Positions 38,389 through 48,614 of a stretch of DNA of 64,000 nucleotides are shown piece by piece; within the stretch, counting starts at the first letter, position 1, and each line of letters begins with the position of its first letter. Origin of the DNA: Desulfatiglandales bacterium (GTDB lineage: Bacteria > Desulfobacterota > DSM-4660 > Desulfatiglandales > Desulfatiglandaceae); assembly GCA_963662465.1 (NCBI GenBank), contig OY759599.1, forward strand, positions 2,304,001 to 2,368,000, given 5' to 3'. The translations under genes were made by a program, and so were the position numbers. The notes under the pieces are model-generated. The model was not told the DNA's origin, did not search any database, and was given only the letters and a program-made list of their open reading frames with translations.

Positions 38389-38529
38389 TCAGTTATCGGA
38401 TTCTGAAGCGAGTTCCCTCAGCGTCTCGGCATTTTTCTGAATGCGCTCCTGATTTTTCTTGAGGTTTTTTCTATTGGGCTTTGCTTTTCTTGCCCGTATC
38501 AGCTTGGTCTGTTTACTGTTGGAACCCAT
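38389..38529 (-). CDS. Small basic protein (46 aa; absent from ORF track)
   Basis: MGSNSKQTKLIRARKAKPNRKNLKKNQERIQKNAETLRELASESDN; TAAGGAG RBS; terminator downstream. Confidence 0.65.
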   Translation of the reverse strand: MGSNSKQTKLIRARKAKPNRKNLKKNQERIQKNAETLRELASESDN

Positions 38530-38598
38530 ATCGCATCTCCTTATTTACGGTAAATTTTAATTTTTGAGATTAACTTTCATTAGGGTGGTTGTCAAGAA

Positions 38599-38634
38599 TA
38601 AAAAACCTCCTGACCGAACATCCCGGCCAGGAGG
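38599..38634 (-). terminator. Rho-independent terminator of the ArsB/NhaD transporter
   Basis: CCTCCTG(G/A)CCG stem with T run on the minus strand just after the stop. Confidence 0.7.
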
Positions 38635-38656
38635 CGATTGATTTCAAACATTTAGA

Positions 38657-40399
38657 CTACTGAGGCCTGACGATCAACAACCAGGCATGGGCGATAATGA
38701 TGGTGATGATCATGAATGGAAAGGCGGTTTTCATAAACCCGATAAAGCTGATCTTGTACCCCCTGGACTCCGCAATCCCCATGGTCACCACGTTGGCCGA
38801 GGCCCCGATAATGGTGCCGTTTCCGCCGAAACAGGCGCCCAGTGCCAGTGCCCACCAAAGGGTATTTTCAGCCCCCGGGATCACGGTACTCAGGTACGCC
38901 ACAATGGGCAGCATGGTAGCGGTAAAGGGGATGTTGTCCACAAAAGCGCTCATGATGGCCGACACCCACAAAATCAGACTACAGGCAACCACAAAATCCC
39001 CCGCTGAAAGTTTCAGTATCCAGTCGGCAACGACCGCCAGCAAACCACTGGTTTCGACGGCCCCCACCATGATAAACAGGAAGATGAAGAACATGAGGGT
39101 AGGCCACTCGATGTCCTTTTCGATCAGTTCAATCAGATCCACCTTTTCCGTAATCATGGCAATGGTCAGAAGCACGGCGCCGCCCATGAGGGCAGCCACG
39201 CTGACCTCCATATGCCAGTAGCCATGACTCAAGAATAAAAATACCACAAAGCCCAGCACGGCCAAACCGTAGGTCAGCAGTCGCGGATCGGTAATCCGGT
39301 ATTTCTCCTTGAGTACTTGAATATACGACTCAACATCATCCACATTGCCGACCGCATACCCCTTACCCCACACCAGCTTGGTGAAAATGATCAGGGCAAC
39401 CATACAGACCACGCAAATCAATCCCAGGGCAGTCACAAAATTCATGAAGGTAAGGCCCGCAAAGGAACCGACCATAATGTTGGGCGGATCACCGATGAGG
39501 GTGGCGGTGCCGCCCACATTGGACGCCAGCACCAGGGGGATAAGCATGTGAAGGGGATTGATGCCCAGGGATATGGAAATCTCGATGGCCACCCCCGTCA
39601 ACAGCAGCATGGTGGTCACATTGTCCAGGAAGGCCGAAGCAACGGCGGTAAAAATCATGAGGTAAACCGCCAGCACAAAGACTTTCCCCTTGGCCAGCTT
39701 GTAGGACAAATAAGCGCACCATTGGAACACGCCGGTATGTTTCAAGACCCCCACGATGATCATCATGCCCATGAGGAGAAATACCACATTCATGTCAATG
39801 GAAAAGATGGCGCTTTCAAATGAAAAAATACGATACTCCGGATTGATGGTGCCGAAGGTATAGGAAATGACCAGCATCACAATAGCGCCCAGCATGGCGG
39901 CGATGGTCCTATGAAGCAACTCAAAGGCAATCAGCACATAGGCCAGAATAAACACAATGGTGGAGATCCAGAAAGCCGGCCCCAGGTGGCGGTCCATGGA
40001 CATGTCTTCGCTCAGGAAAAGATGATCCCCCTGCCGGGCCATATCTTTTCCGTGAACCGTAAAGGTAACCTCCTTGAAACTGGCTTTATCGGCCTTTATC
40101 TCAATGGTCGCCTTTTCGATTTCGCCTTTTTCCAGTTGGAACCGGGCCACATATTTTCCGTTGTGGGCCGTCACCACATGCTCCACGTCTTTTCCATTGA
40201 CCAAAATCCGAACGGCGGCCTCGTTGATGGGCTCCTTGTGACTGTCAAGGACGATGCCCGAAATGTTGATGGTGTCCCCGCCCTCAATTACAGCCTTGGG
40301 AGGGCCGCCTTTTGCCCCATGGCCGGCAAATGCGGGTGAACTCAGTAAAAAAAGGACAATGGCAAAAAAAGAAAATAGACCGTACCTAGGGGTTTTCAT
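38657..40399 (-). CDS. ArsB/NhaD (IT superfamily) transporter with N-terminal periplasmic beta-sandwich domain
   Basis: SAFLDNVTT, GGTATLIGDPPN, SAFVDNIP, GGNGTIIGASAN; signal peptide plus about 110-aa soluble domain. Confidence 0.88.
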   Translation of the reverse strand: MKTPRYGLFSFFAIVLFLLSSPAFAGHGAKGGPPKAVIEGGDTINISGIVLDSHKEPINEAAVRILVNGKDVEHVVTAHNGKYVARFQLEKGEIEKATIEIKADKASFKEVTFTVHGKDMARQGDHLFLSEDMSMDRHLGPAFWISTIVFILAYVLIAFELLHRTIAAMLGAIVMLVISYTFGTINPEYRIFSFESAIFSIDMNVVFLLMGMMIIVGVLKHTGVFQWCAYLSYKLAKGKVFVLAVYLMIFTAVASAFLDNVTTMLLLTGVAIEISISLGINPLHMLIPLVLASNVGGTATLIGDPPNIMVGSFAGLTFMNFVTALGLICVVCMVALIIFTKLVWGKGYAVGNVDDVESYIQVLKEKYRITDPRLLTYGLAVLGFVVFLFLSHGYWHMEVSVAALMGGAVLLTIAMITEKVDLIELIEKDIEWPTLMFFIFLFIMVGAVETSGLLAVVADWILKLSAGDFVVACSLILWVSAIMSAFVDNIPFTATMLPIVAYLSTVIPGAENTLWWALALGACFGGNGTIIGASANVVTMGIAESRGYKISFIGFMKTAFPFMIITIIIAHAWLLIVRPQ

Positions 40400-40721
40400 G
40401 AAACGTTTTCCTCCTTCTAGCTTGACAAGGGTCAGGGTGATAGTTCCTTATTGACCCAAAGAAAACGGGCCATAAGGGGCAATCAAGCGATGCATTAAAA
40501 AACAACTCATATCATTACGGGTAAACGATATCGCCGGAATTTACAAAACGGTTTTTGGACTGTCAAGAGAAAGGTTGCACCGCTTGCAATTCTGGTGTAG
40601 GTTTTTTTAGATCTTTCAATTTTTTCATTAAGGCGCCGGGGTTTTTTCGTTTGCTCTTTGGAACCATTCTTTGACAAACGCCGGAATCCCTCGCCGGAGG
40701 CTTCAGTAAGACTTTAAAGCT

Positions 40722-41147
40722 ATGAACGCTCAATTTTTTGCCATAAAATCCATCGCGGTTCAAAACAGCATCATGCTTTTCGCACTGGGCCTGGTGCTGT
40801 TTTTTATTTTTTATTCAATTTCGAAAAAAAAGCCCAGGCATCTTCTGGCATCCCTCATCTGGCTGGGGATCATCTTTTGGTTTTTTAACAGCCCCTTTTT
40901 CGGTTTCAGCACGGTTTCCGTAAGTCGCGAAGGGATCGACGTAAATTACGGCGTCCTTTCATTTAAAAACGACCGTCTTCCCCTTATGTCCCCCTGGAAG
41001 ATAGAGACCATTCCATCGGGGCTTCGAAGAATGAAGCGGGTTTCTTTTATCAGGATTGGGGACCTAGAAAGCATGAAGGTTGGCAGCGGAAAGGACCTGG
41101 ACCTTCTCAAACACATCGGTGCAGCCATTGACGACTACAGGGATTAA
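40722..41147 (+). CDS. Hypothetical membrane protein
   Basis: 141-aa ORF, two TM segments. Confidence 0.6.
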   Translation: MNAQFFAIKSIAVQNSIMLFALGLVLFFIFYSISKKKPRHLLASLIWLGIIFWFFNSPFFGFSTVSVSREGIDVNYGVLSFKNDRLPLMSPWKIETIPSGLRRMKRVSFIRIGDLESMKVGSGKDLDLLKHIGAAIDDYRD

Positions 41148-43090
41148 GCAGGAATACCAAATTTTTTCCGCCATGCATACACGGTGGGGCGTGAAACATT
41201 CATTATTTTGGCTGTTTTGGAGATGTTCCCTTCCGTTTCGTTATACACTTGAACAAATTCCACGTAACGTGTTTTGTCCTTGTCTGAAATGTCCGTGGGC
41301 GGTGTAAAGATCCTCTGTATATGTTTGGGAATATCATCCACTCTAATGAGGGGGCCTTCCGTCATAACAAGGGTCTGCTCAACGGCATTTCGCAGCTCTC
41401 GAATATTTCCCGGCCATTCATAATCCATAAACGCCGACATGGCTTCATCGGACATTTTCATGTTTGTTTTTCCCAGGCTTTCGGACAGTATCCGCAGAAA
41501 ATGATCCGTTAAAAGGGGAATGTCGTCTTTGCGCTCTTTCAAGGCCGGGAGATCAATGCGAAGAACATTCAAGCGAAAAAAAAGGTCGGCGCGAAACCTC
41601 CCGGCCTGCACTTCCTGTTGCAGGTCCTTGTTGGATGCGGCAATGAAACGGATATCCACGGGAATGGTGCGGTTTCCACCCAACCGGGTAACAGCTCTTT
41701 CTTCAATAACGCGAAGAAGATAAACCTGTGATTCCAGGGGCATTTCAGATATTTCATCCAAAAGAAGGGTTCCGCCGCTTGTCAATTCAAACTTGCTGGC
41801 ATGCCCTTTCTTGGCCGCACCTGTAAAAGCACCGGCCTCATACCCAAAGAGTTCACTGCCCAGAAGCTCACGAGGGATCGATCCGCAATTGATAGCCAAA
41901 AGGGGTTTCTCACTGCGCATGCTCTTCTCATGGATATACTGGGCGATCACTTCCTTCCCAGTGCCCGTCTCTCCCATAATCAGAACATTCGAATCGAATT
42001 TCGCCGTATTTTCAGCATATTCCAGAATCTTTCGAAAAGCCGGGGATCTACCGATGGGTCTCTGAACGCCATCATCGGCCCCTGACGCCGCATCGGCTGC
42101 GTTTTTTTCAAGGAGAATCAAGGAGCCGATCACCTGCTTTTGATGTACGATCGGTTGCCGGGCCAGTCGAATCTCAACGCCATCCACTGCGTTTATAAAG
42201 GTCGGCTTATCCAGATCCTGCCAACCCGCAAAAATCTTGAGACTCTTGAGTTTCTTGTTGAGGAGATCCCGACTTTCAACCCCCAGGTGGTCCAGGGCCT
42301 TGAGATTGGCCCTGCGAATGCGATCATTGTCATCCAACACCACAACGCCCCGCTCCATTTGATCCAGCGTCAGCTGTGTGCTGTACTCTCTGAAAAAATC
42401 GTCCCGCTCCTTGCGGCTGCGATATATTTCCAATTCAACACAGCGCCCCATCTGCAGCGCCATGCCCATGGAATGAGGTTGGTGGTCGCTCATGTAAGCC
42501 ACGAAATTGAGCGCGCCAATCACCTTTTTAGAAAAAGGGTTGCGAATGGGAACAGCCGTGCAAGTGAATTCATGGAGTTCCCGACAATAATGTTCCGCAT
42601 GAAAAACATGGCTGGGCTGGCCGGTCTTGAGAGCAATGCCGACGGCAGTGGTTCCGGTAAACCGCTCATTCCAGTTGGCCCCGATTCGAAAATTGATGGA
42701 CGCCAGAACTCGCTGGATATTCTTGCTGCCGAATATTTCAAGAACATACCCGTCGCGATCCACAAAGGCAATGAGATGGTTTGAGATATCAATGAGGTCA
42801 TCCACCGAATCCACCACCGGCTTGATGGCTGACATGCACTCATGGTTGTATCTCAATTTTTTTTGGACCAGTTCGGGATTCAGAAAAGCAGGCGAATGTG
42901 TTTCCGGATTTACATCCAGATTCAAGCATCGCTGCCAGGACTGAAAAATTTCCGGATGCAGCCCCTGCTGCGGCACCACCGGATCCCGAATGAAATCTTC
43001 CCAGCGCCGCTTCATTTTGGCGACTGCCTTGCCGGGATCGGGAAGGACAATGGCGTTGCGGAGCGATTCGGTATTTAATGTGGAGCCCAT
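41144..43090 (-). CDS. Sigma54-dependent activator, GAF-PAS-AAA-HTH (AcoR-like)
   Basis: SWQRC GAF start, GETGTGKE, GAFTGA, WPGNIREL, Fis HTH. Confidence 0.92.
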   Translation of the reverse strand: MGSTLNTESLRNAIVLPDPGKAVAKMKRRWEDFIRDPVVPQQGLHPEIFQSWQRCLNLDVNPETHSPAFLNPELVQKKLRYNHECMSAIKPVVDSVDDLIDISNHLIAFVDRDGYVLEIFGSKNIQRVLASINFRIGANWNERFTGTTAVGIALKTGQPSHVFHAEHYCRELHEFTCTAVPIRNPFSKKVIGALNFVAYMSDHQPHSMGMALQMGRCVELEIYRSRKERDDFFREYSTQLTLDQMERGVVVLDDNDRIRRANLKALDHLGVESRDLLNKKLKSLKIFAGWQDLDKPTFINAVDGVEIRLARQPIVHQKQVIGSLILLEKNAADAASGADDGVQRPIGRSPAFRKILEYAENTAKFDSNVLIMGETGTGKEVIAQYIHEKSMRSEKPLLAINCGSIPRELLGSELFGYEAGAFTGAAKKGHASKFELTSGGTLLLDEISEMPLESQVYLLRVIEERAVTRLGGNRTIPVDIRFIAASNKDLQQEVQAGRFRADLFFRLNVLRIDLPALKERKDDIPLLTDHFLRILSESLGKTNMKMSDEAMSAFMDYEWPGNIRELRNAVEQTLVMTEGPLIRVDDIPKHIQRIFTPPTDISDKDKTRYVEFVQVYNETEGNISKTAKIMNVSRPTVYAWRKKFGIPA

Positions 43091-43435
43091 GATTTTTACC
43101 CTATCCGTATTTTTGAATGCTATTTTTCGATCTCTTCAGCCTAGCCAAAGAACTTTACACTGTCAAGCCATAAAACCGGCCATGCAACATTTTGGAGAAC
43201 ACACCAATATTTTCGATAAAAATAGTATTTTTTTAGTTAATTTAAAGGCTTAGATATTCAATCAAGGCACCTGCAATCCAGTAATTTTACACACAATATT
43301 ACAATGCAACCGAAAAGGAAAAATGGTCTTTTACGACAATACACCACAATTGGAATCTCAACCCATCACGATTTTTTCTTGACAGGGGAAATCCGTTCCG
43401 ACATGTTTCAATTTTATCAAAATGAAAAAAGGGGA

Positions 43436-44350
43436 ATGGAACCTATGAACAAACCATTTGAAAAGGTAACCGTAATTGGAACAGGCACCCTGGGTACCCA
43501 AATCGCCCTGCTGGCGGGCAATGCCGGGTATGATATCACCATTTACGACTTGCGCAAGGGCGCTCTCAGCGAAACCCTGGCCCGTCTCCATTCAAGCATC
43601 GAAGAAAAAGGGATCAAGCCCTTTGTTCCCTGGGAACAGCTGGAAAAGATTAAAGAACAGATTCGAGAGACAACAGATCTTGATGAAGCGGTTCGAGATG
43701 CGGACCTCATCGTGGAAAGCGTACCGGAAGACCTGAAGATCAAGCAGGCTGTATTCCAAACCTTGGGCAAAAAAGCGCCATCCAAAACCATTTTTGCCAC
43801 CAACAGTTCCTCCATGCCCGTATCCCTCATGGAAGAAAGCAGTGGAAGGCCTGAAAAATGCCTCAACACCCATTTCTATGTCATTCTGGAAGGAATGAAC
43901 ATGGCCGATGTCATGGGCGGCACAAAAACCAGCCCCGAAGTCCTTCAAAAGGGCGTTGACTGGATTCGTTCCATGGGATGCATTGCCCTGACCGTCAAAA
44001 AAGAACTGCTGGGATTCTGCTTTAACCGGGTATGGCGGGCCATCAAACGGGAAGGGTTGTGGATGTGGGGAAACGGTTATGTGGATTTCCAGGATGTGGA
44101 CCGGGCCTGGATGACCTTTACCAAAATGAAAATGGGGCCCTTCGGCATTATGGACGGCGTAGGTCTGGATGTGGTCAGGGACATTGAAACGGTCTATTAC
44201 AATGAAAGTAAGGACCCTAAAGACAAGCCTCCCCAGGCATTGACGGATAAAATTGAACGCGGCGAGTTGGGGGTTAAAACAGGGCGTGGATTCTATACCT
44301 ACCCAAATCCGGAATTCGCACAACCGGGTTTTCTGGATTCGACAAAATAG
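43436..44350 (+). CDS. 3-hydroxyacyl-CoA dehydrogenase family protein
   Basis: VIGTGTLG, ESVPE, ATNSSS, GPFGIMDGVGLD, LGVKTGRGFY; start uncertain. Confidence 0.9.
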   Translation: MEPMNKPFEKVTVIGTGTLGTQIALLAGNAGYDITIYDLRKGALSETLARLHSSIEEKGIKPFVPWEQLEKIKEQIRETTDLDEAVRDADLIVESVPEDLKIKQAVFQTLGKKAPSKTIFATNSSSMPVSLMEESSGRPEKCLNTHFYVILEGMNMADVMGGTKTSPEVLQKGVDWIRSMGCIALTVKKELLGFCFNRVWRAIKREGLWMWGNGYVDFQDVDRAWMTFTKMKMGPFGIMDGVGLDVVRDIETVYYNESKDPKDKPPQALTDKIERGELGVKTGRGFYTYPNPEFAQPGFLDSTK

Positions 44351-44361
44351 GAAAAAGGGTC

Positions 44362-46362
44362 CTATTGCGGCGGTTGCCGGATCTCCATATGGGCGCCGTT
44401 TTCGGGCCTAAAATGATACCCTGGTGTAACCCTCACCAGGGGCGCCTGAAAGGTGACCGAGGCGCCGCTTTCAACGATTATTCCTTCACCCAGGGTCAGA
44501 GAGGTCGTCCCAGTGCAGGTGCAGGTGCTGCCGGCTTTGAAAGTAATATTTTCCAAAAGCTTTTCATCGCCCGAACAGTCGGGGCAGGGAGAAGCTTCCG
44601 GAACCGTTACCAGGAGGGAACCGTCTCCAAACAAAACCCAGGTCCGGGTGGTCTCCACATCGTCGTCTCCGGCTTCGGCAATCTGCAGGTTGAATGCATT
44701 GAAAACAATGGAACCCAGTCGGGTCTTGCCGTGGTTGGTACTGGTCCCGATCCCCGGGTTCACGTCGTAATCGTATCCGCCGGTAAGAAGATCGTTCATA
44801 TAATCCTGACCCCGCATGGGAGGATCCCAAGGCTGACTGATGGTCGCCATGAGGGCCGACACCGCCCCACCATCCGTTTTTCGCAGCCAGGTCTCGGCAA
44901 AGCAGGTGCCACCATTGTATTCCCCGTTCGAACAGGCCACTGAAAAAATAAAGGGGAGTTTGCTTTCATTTGCTAAAACAGTCACATCACTGCTGCTAAA
45001 ACCGGTTGTACCCCAGCTGGTTGTGGACCCATGGCCAGTGTAGTTAATCACGTGAACACCGTCGTTGACAGCAGCCGTCACCCCTGAAGCGGAAGCGTTC
45101 GGATCGTATTCATCATAAACGCTGAAATAACCAAAGGGAAGCAATTTATTTTTCTTGATAATATCCATATGCTCATTGTCATCTTCATTATCATCACCGA
45201 GACCTTGATTGGAAGCAATCCCCAGACCTTTCTTCCACCATGATGGGTTGGGAGTTGTTTCATAGGCAATAACCTTGTTCACCTGGGTGGTCACATCGGT
45301 CGCATTTGTTGCACTGAAGCGCGAAATGATCAAATCAAAATAATCGTCGGAACCCGATACCAGACCCAAAGCGTTATCCTCGGGGCACCCATCCGAATTA
45401 ACGCACGTCCCCTCGACAGGGTCCCATTCCATTTTTTCACACTGAATATCCGCCCAGTCCCCCACCAACTGCACATAAAGGAGCTCATGGTCCGCATCGT
45501 AGGCATTCTGAATAATGTTCTTTACATGGGTTCCTTTTGCGACTTCCTGCTCCACCACCGTGAACCCCAGGGATTTCTTATGCGCAATAAAGGGCTGAAT
45601 CGCGTCTCTGTCTCTTGAGGTATAGATCACCAGCATATGCCCGGGTCCGTCATCCAGTTCCCCATCCCACCTGAAGTTGACAAAAAGGGATTCAAGAACC
45701 GTTTCATTCTGCGAAAGGATCTTCAATCTTCTCTGCGACTGCTGGTTGATGATCACCCCTTCCTCCACCGGAACCAGTTCGAATTCAATGGTCTTGAGAA
45801 TTTTCACCCGTTTTTGGACGGTATTGATCAAAACGGGGTAAATCGTCACATCAATCCCCCTCACCTCCCGAATGAGAAAGGGATCACCCAGAACGGCGAA
45901 GTCGCTTCCCGGATAATCGGCATCCACCAGGGCATTCTTTTCCATTTTGTAGGGAACTTTCCCAGGATCCATACTCCTCAAAATCTGCCCCCTGGAGGGC
46001 AGCCAATCCCCTTCAAAGGGACGCTCGTCAAAGGCCGTTTTTTGAACCACCAATTTGTAATTCCGGTTGTCTCGCAGCTGAAACGCCATTTTAAAATAAC
46101 CGACTTCGGGGAACCCTTTCTTTTGAGTAGGCAGGCAACTTTCAAACATAACAGCTTGATATTCTTTGTCCCGTCTTTTCATACGGCCTACGGAAAAAGC
46201 GCTCTTGGCCTTGACCTGAATGGTAATCCGCCCATCCCGTGCGGCATCTTCCACAACGGCGATATCAAAATCCTTCGCGCCCCTTTTCCCACCGGAAAAG
46301 GCGGGGGAAGCAAACCACACCAGTAAAATAGCTGTAAAAAAAATCAACCCTGTCTTTTTCAT
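44362..46362 (-). CDS. C25 (gingipain-family) cysteine peptidase with propeptide
   Basis: Signal peptide, propeptide, LVGD, INYTGHGS and ACSNG catalytic His/Cys, WVLFGD. Confidence 0.85.
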   Translation of the reverse strand: MKKTGLIFFTAILLVWFASPAFSGGKRGAKDFDIAVVEDAARDGRITIQVKAKSAFSVGRMKRRDKEYQAVMFESCLPTQKKGFPEVGYFKMAFQLRDNRNYKLVVQKTAFDERPFEGDWLPSRGQILRSMDPGKVPYKMEKNALVDADYPGSDFAVLGDPFLIREVRGIDVTIYPVLINTVQKRVKILKTIEFELVPVEEGVIINQQSQRRLKILSQNETVLESLFVNFRWDGELDDGPGHMLVIYTSRDRDAIQPFIAHKKSLGFTVVEQEVAKGTHVKNIIQNAYDADHELLYVQLVGDWADIQCEKMEWDPVEGTCVNSDGCPEDNALGLVSGSDDYFDLIISRFSATNATDVTTQVNKVIAYETTPNPSWWKKGLGIASNQGLGDDNEDDNEHMDIIKKNKLLPFGYFSVYDEYDPNASASGVTAAVNDGVHVINYTGHGSTTSWGTTGFSSSDVTVLANESKLPFIFSVACSNGEYNGGTCFAETWLRKTDGGAVSALMATISQPWDPPMRGQDYMNDLLTGGYDYDVNPGIGTSTNHGKTRLGSIVFNAFNLQIAEAGDDDVETTRTWVLFGDGSLLVTVPEASPCPDCSGDEKLLENITFKAGSTCTCTGTTSLTLGEGIIVESGASVTFQAPLVRVTPGYHFRPENGAHMEIRQPPQ

Positions 46363-46387
46363 TGTCCTTTCCTGGAAAAGCAGAGAC

Positions 46388-46702
46388 TCAAATATTTAAG
46401 GGATTAAACATCAAATCCGGATCAGGACCATAAAATTTGACCCGATTGCCTTGATCATCCAACACGTAAACATTGACCACGTCGCCCGTTTTGAATTCCC
46501 CTCCCGATGGCTCGCCTGCCGCCGAAAACCGCCTTGCCAGTTCCCACGCGGATACCTCGCTCGTCATAGGTTTTGCTTTTTCACCCGGGAAAACATCACT
46601 GACCCACTGGTTATCCTGCCATTTCTGAAAGTGAACACGATATCCCGCAAGCCGCCGCACCCACCCTTCATCAATGGCCTTCATCGCTTCCTTCAACTTC
46701 AT
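46388..46702 (-). CDS. Hypothetical protein
   Basis: 104-aa ORF overlapping mscS stop by 4 nt. Confidence 0.65.
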   Translation of the reverse strand: MKLKEAMKAIDEGWVRRLAGYRVHFQKWQDNQWVSDVFPGEKAKPMTSEVSAWELARRFSAAGEPSGGEFKTGDVVNVYVLDDQGNRVKFYGPDPDLMFNPLNI

Positions 46703-47532
46703 TTTAATTCCCTCACGGACGAATCCCCCGTTTCAACCTGCTCATTATAAATATGAACATCCCTTTGTGGAAAGGCAATGTTAATGCCTTCCCGATCAAA
46801 ACGCAATTTGATGACCTCCAGAAAATCGCAGCGGGTTCGCCAATAGTCCACATTGTTAACCCACGGCCTGGCGGCGATTTCAACGCAGCTTTCAGCCAGG
46901 TTCAGCACAAAAATCCTTGCGGCAGGACTGTCCAACACCCTGGGATCGCGGGCGATAATCTCCGAAATGATCTTTTTGGCCTTCATGAGATCGGTGTCAT
47001 AGCCGATCCCCACCACCAACCGAATCTGCCGGCTGGGGGTGAAATGATAGTTTTCGATAACCTCATTTAAGATCATCCGGTTGGGAACAAACACCGTTCG
47101 ACCATCAAAAGATTTGATCCGCGTATTCAGGATGGTAATGGCTTCCACCTTGCCCAGGACCCCGCCCGCCTTAACCGTATCACCCACCTTGAAAGGAAGA
47201 CTCGGAAACAAAGGTCGAAAAATGACAATCAGTCCCACCAGCGCAATGGCCACGGCCCCCAGCGTCCGTATGATCACGATGCCTTGCATGCCGGCATGGT
47301 GAAACGCGGCCGAAGCCACCAGGGCCAGCAACAGCACATAAACGGCATTGGCAATGACGGATACCCAGGTTTCCTTTATTCTGATGCCGCGAAGCAGAGG
47401 CTTCAGATAGCGCATCAAAAATTTGATTAAAAGCAGACCCACCACCAGAATAAACAGGCCTTGAACCACATCCCGACCGTACAACATCATATCGTTGTTG
47501 AACTGCTGGAATTTATACAGATCCGAGTTCAT
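46699..47532 (-). CDS. mscS: Small-conductance mechanosensitive channel
   Basis: PFKVGD, VFVPN, IGYDTDL, GINIAFPQRDVH. Confidence 0.88.
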   Translation of the reverse strand: MNSDLYKFQQFNNDMMLYGRDVVQGLFILVVGLLLIKFLMRYLKPLLRGIRIKETWVSVIANAVYVLLLALVASAAFHHAGMQGIVIIRTLGAVAIALVGLIVIFRPLFPSLPFKVGDTVKAGGVLGKVEAITILNTRIKSFDGRTVFVPNRMILNEVIENYHFTPSRQIRLVVGIGYDTDLMKAKKIISEIIARDPRVLDSPAARIFVLNLAESCVEIAARPWVNNVDYWRTRCDFLEVIKLRFDREGINIAFPQRDVHIYNEQVETGDSSVRELK

Positions 47533-48011
47533 TGATCCCTCTCAGCTGAAACCATCCGCCAACCGAAGACCATCAAACAAAACTGTCCGGCCCCCAGCCA
47601 AAGCATCAACAGGGGAACCAGGATGCTCCCCTGTTCAATCCACCAAACCACCCTTTCCTCATAAAAACGAAGACGATCTTTGTTCTTTTGTATATCTTCC
47701 CCAAAATCAGAAGTCAGGGCCTGAAAATCCACCAGGTCTTTTTCCTGGATTCCGTCTACTGAAAGGGCGTCGGCCCGCGAGGCGCCGGATTTCAAGCTCA
47801 CACGCATGTCAGCCACGGATATACCGATCTTATCCAAACGCTCATGGATTTTCACCATGGCCGTTTCCGTGGAATCAAAGGCCTGCCCGACAAAGCAAAG
47901 CAACTGCTTTTTGGCCGCCCCCGTTTCATAAATCGCCGCAAGACAAGCGATCAATCCAACGGCGCCGAAAGCCAACATCAGCACGCCCCCAAACCTTTTC
48001 AGCAGCATCAT
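47529..48011 (-). CDS. Hypothetical membrane protein
   Basis: Terminal TM segments; overlaps mscS start by 4 nt. Confidence 0.55.
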   Translation of the reverse strand: MMLLKRFGGVLMLAFGAVGLIACLAAIYETGAAKKQLLCFVGQAFDSTETAMVKIHERLDKIGISVADMRVSLKSGASRADALSVDGIQEKDLVDFQALTSDFGEDIQKNKDRLRFYEERVVWWIEQGSILVPLLMLWLGAGQFCLMVFGWRMVSAERDQ

Positions 48012-48047
48012 TTCGTTACCCCACCACACCCACATGACCCTTTGGGA

Positions 48048-48548
48048 TCATGGTCTGACGCGTTTATCCGCAAAAGAAGCCATCTGCTCCGCCTGGCGCA
48101 AATATTTTCCGATTTCCATTGCCTCTTCCCTCTCCATCAGCACAACGGGGCTAAAAGGTTCGTCCTGCTTGACCCTGACTTCAAAACCCCGCCCCTGCTT
48201 CGAGGAAAAAGTAACCACACAATTGTGGGAAAAAAGCGCATCCGTGGATGTCAGATCTTCACTCTTCTTCTGTATTTCATAATAGTCGTTGGTTCTTTTC
48301 AACATATCTCCCACGGCATTGGCCTGTACGGGAAAAACCGTCAGCGCGCACAAGGGAATCCCCGAACGTCCAAAAATGACCACAAGCGCCTCGGGGGTCT
48401 TCTGAATTTCCAGCGTCGTACCGCCGATCTTAATCACATGCCAGGTAAAGGTATAATCCCTGATCACAAAGTCTTCCGCCTGAACGGGTGCAACTGACAT
48501 GCAGAGAAAAATCAACCAAAGCATCACCACAATTTTTTTCATACCCAA
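48048..48548 (-). CDS. Hypothetical exported protein
   Basis: Signal peptide (VQA-E), GAGGAG RBS. Confidence 0.65.
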   Translation of the reverse strand: MGMKKIVVMLWLIFLCMSVAPVQAEDFVIRDYTFTWHVIKIGGTTLEIQKTPEALVVIFGRSGIPLCALTVFPVQANAVGDMLKRTNDYYEIQKKSEDLTSTDALFSHNCVVTFSSKQGRGFEVRVKQDEPFSPVVLMEREEAMEIGKYLRQAEQMASFADKRVRP

Positions 48549-48571
48549 ACATTCTCCTCTCGATGTTCCCT

Positions 48572-48606
48572 AACTTAAAACATAAAACTGAGAACTTAAA
48601 ACTGCT
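48572..48606. repeat. Heptamer tandem repeat x5 (AACTTAA-like)
   Basis: AACTTAA AACATAA AACTGAG AACTTAA AACTGCT. Confidence 0.65.
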
Positions 48607-48614
48607 GTTTACCC

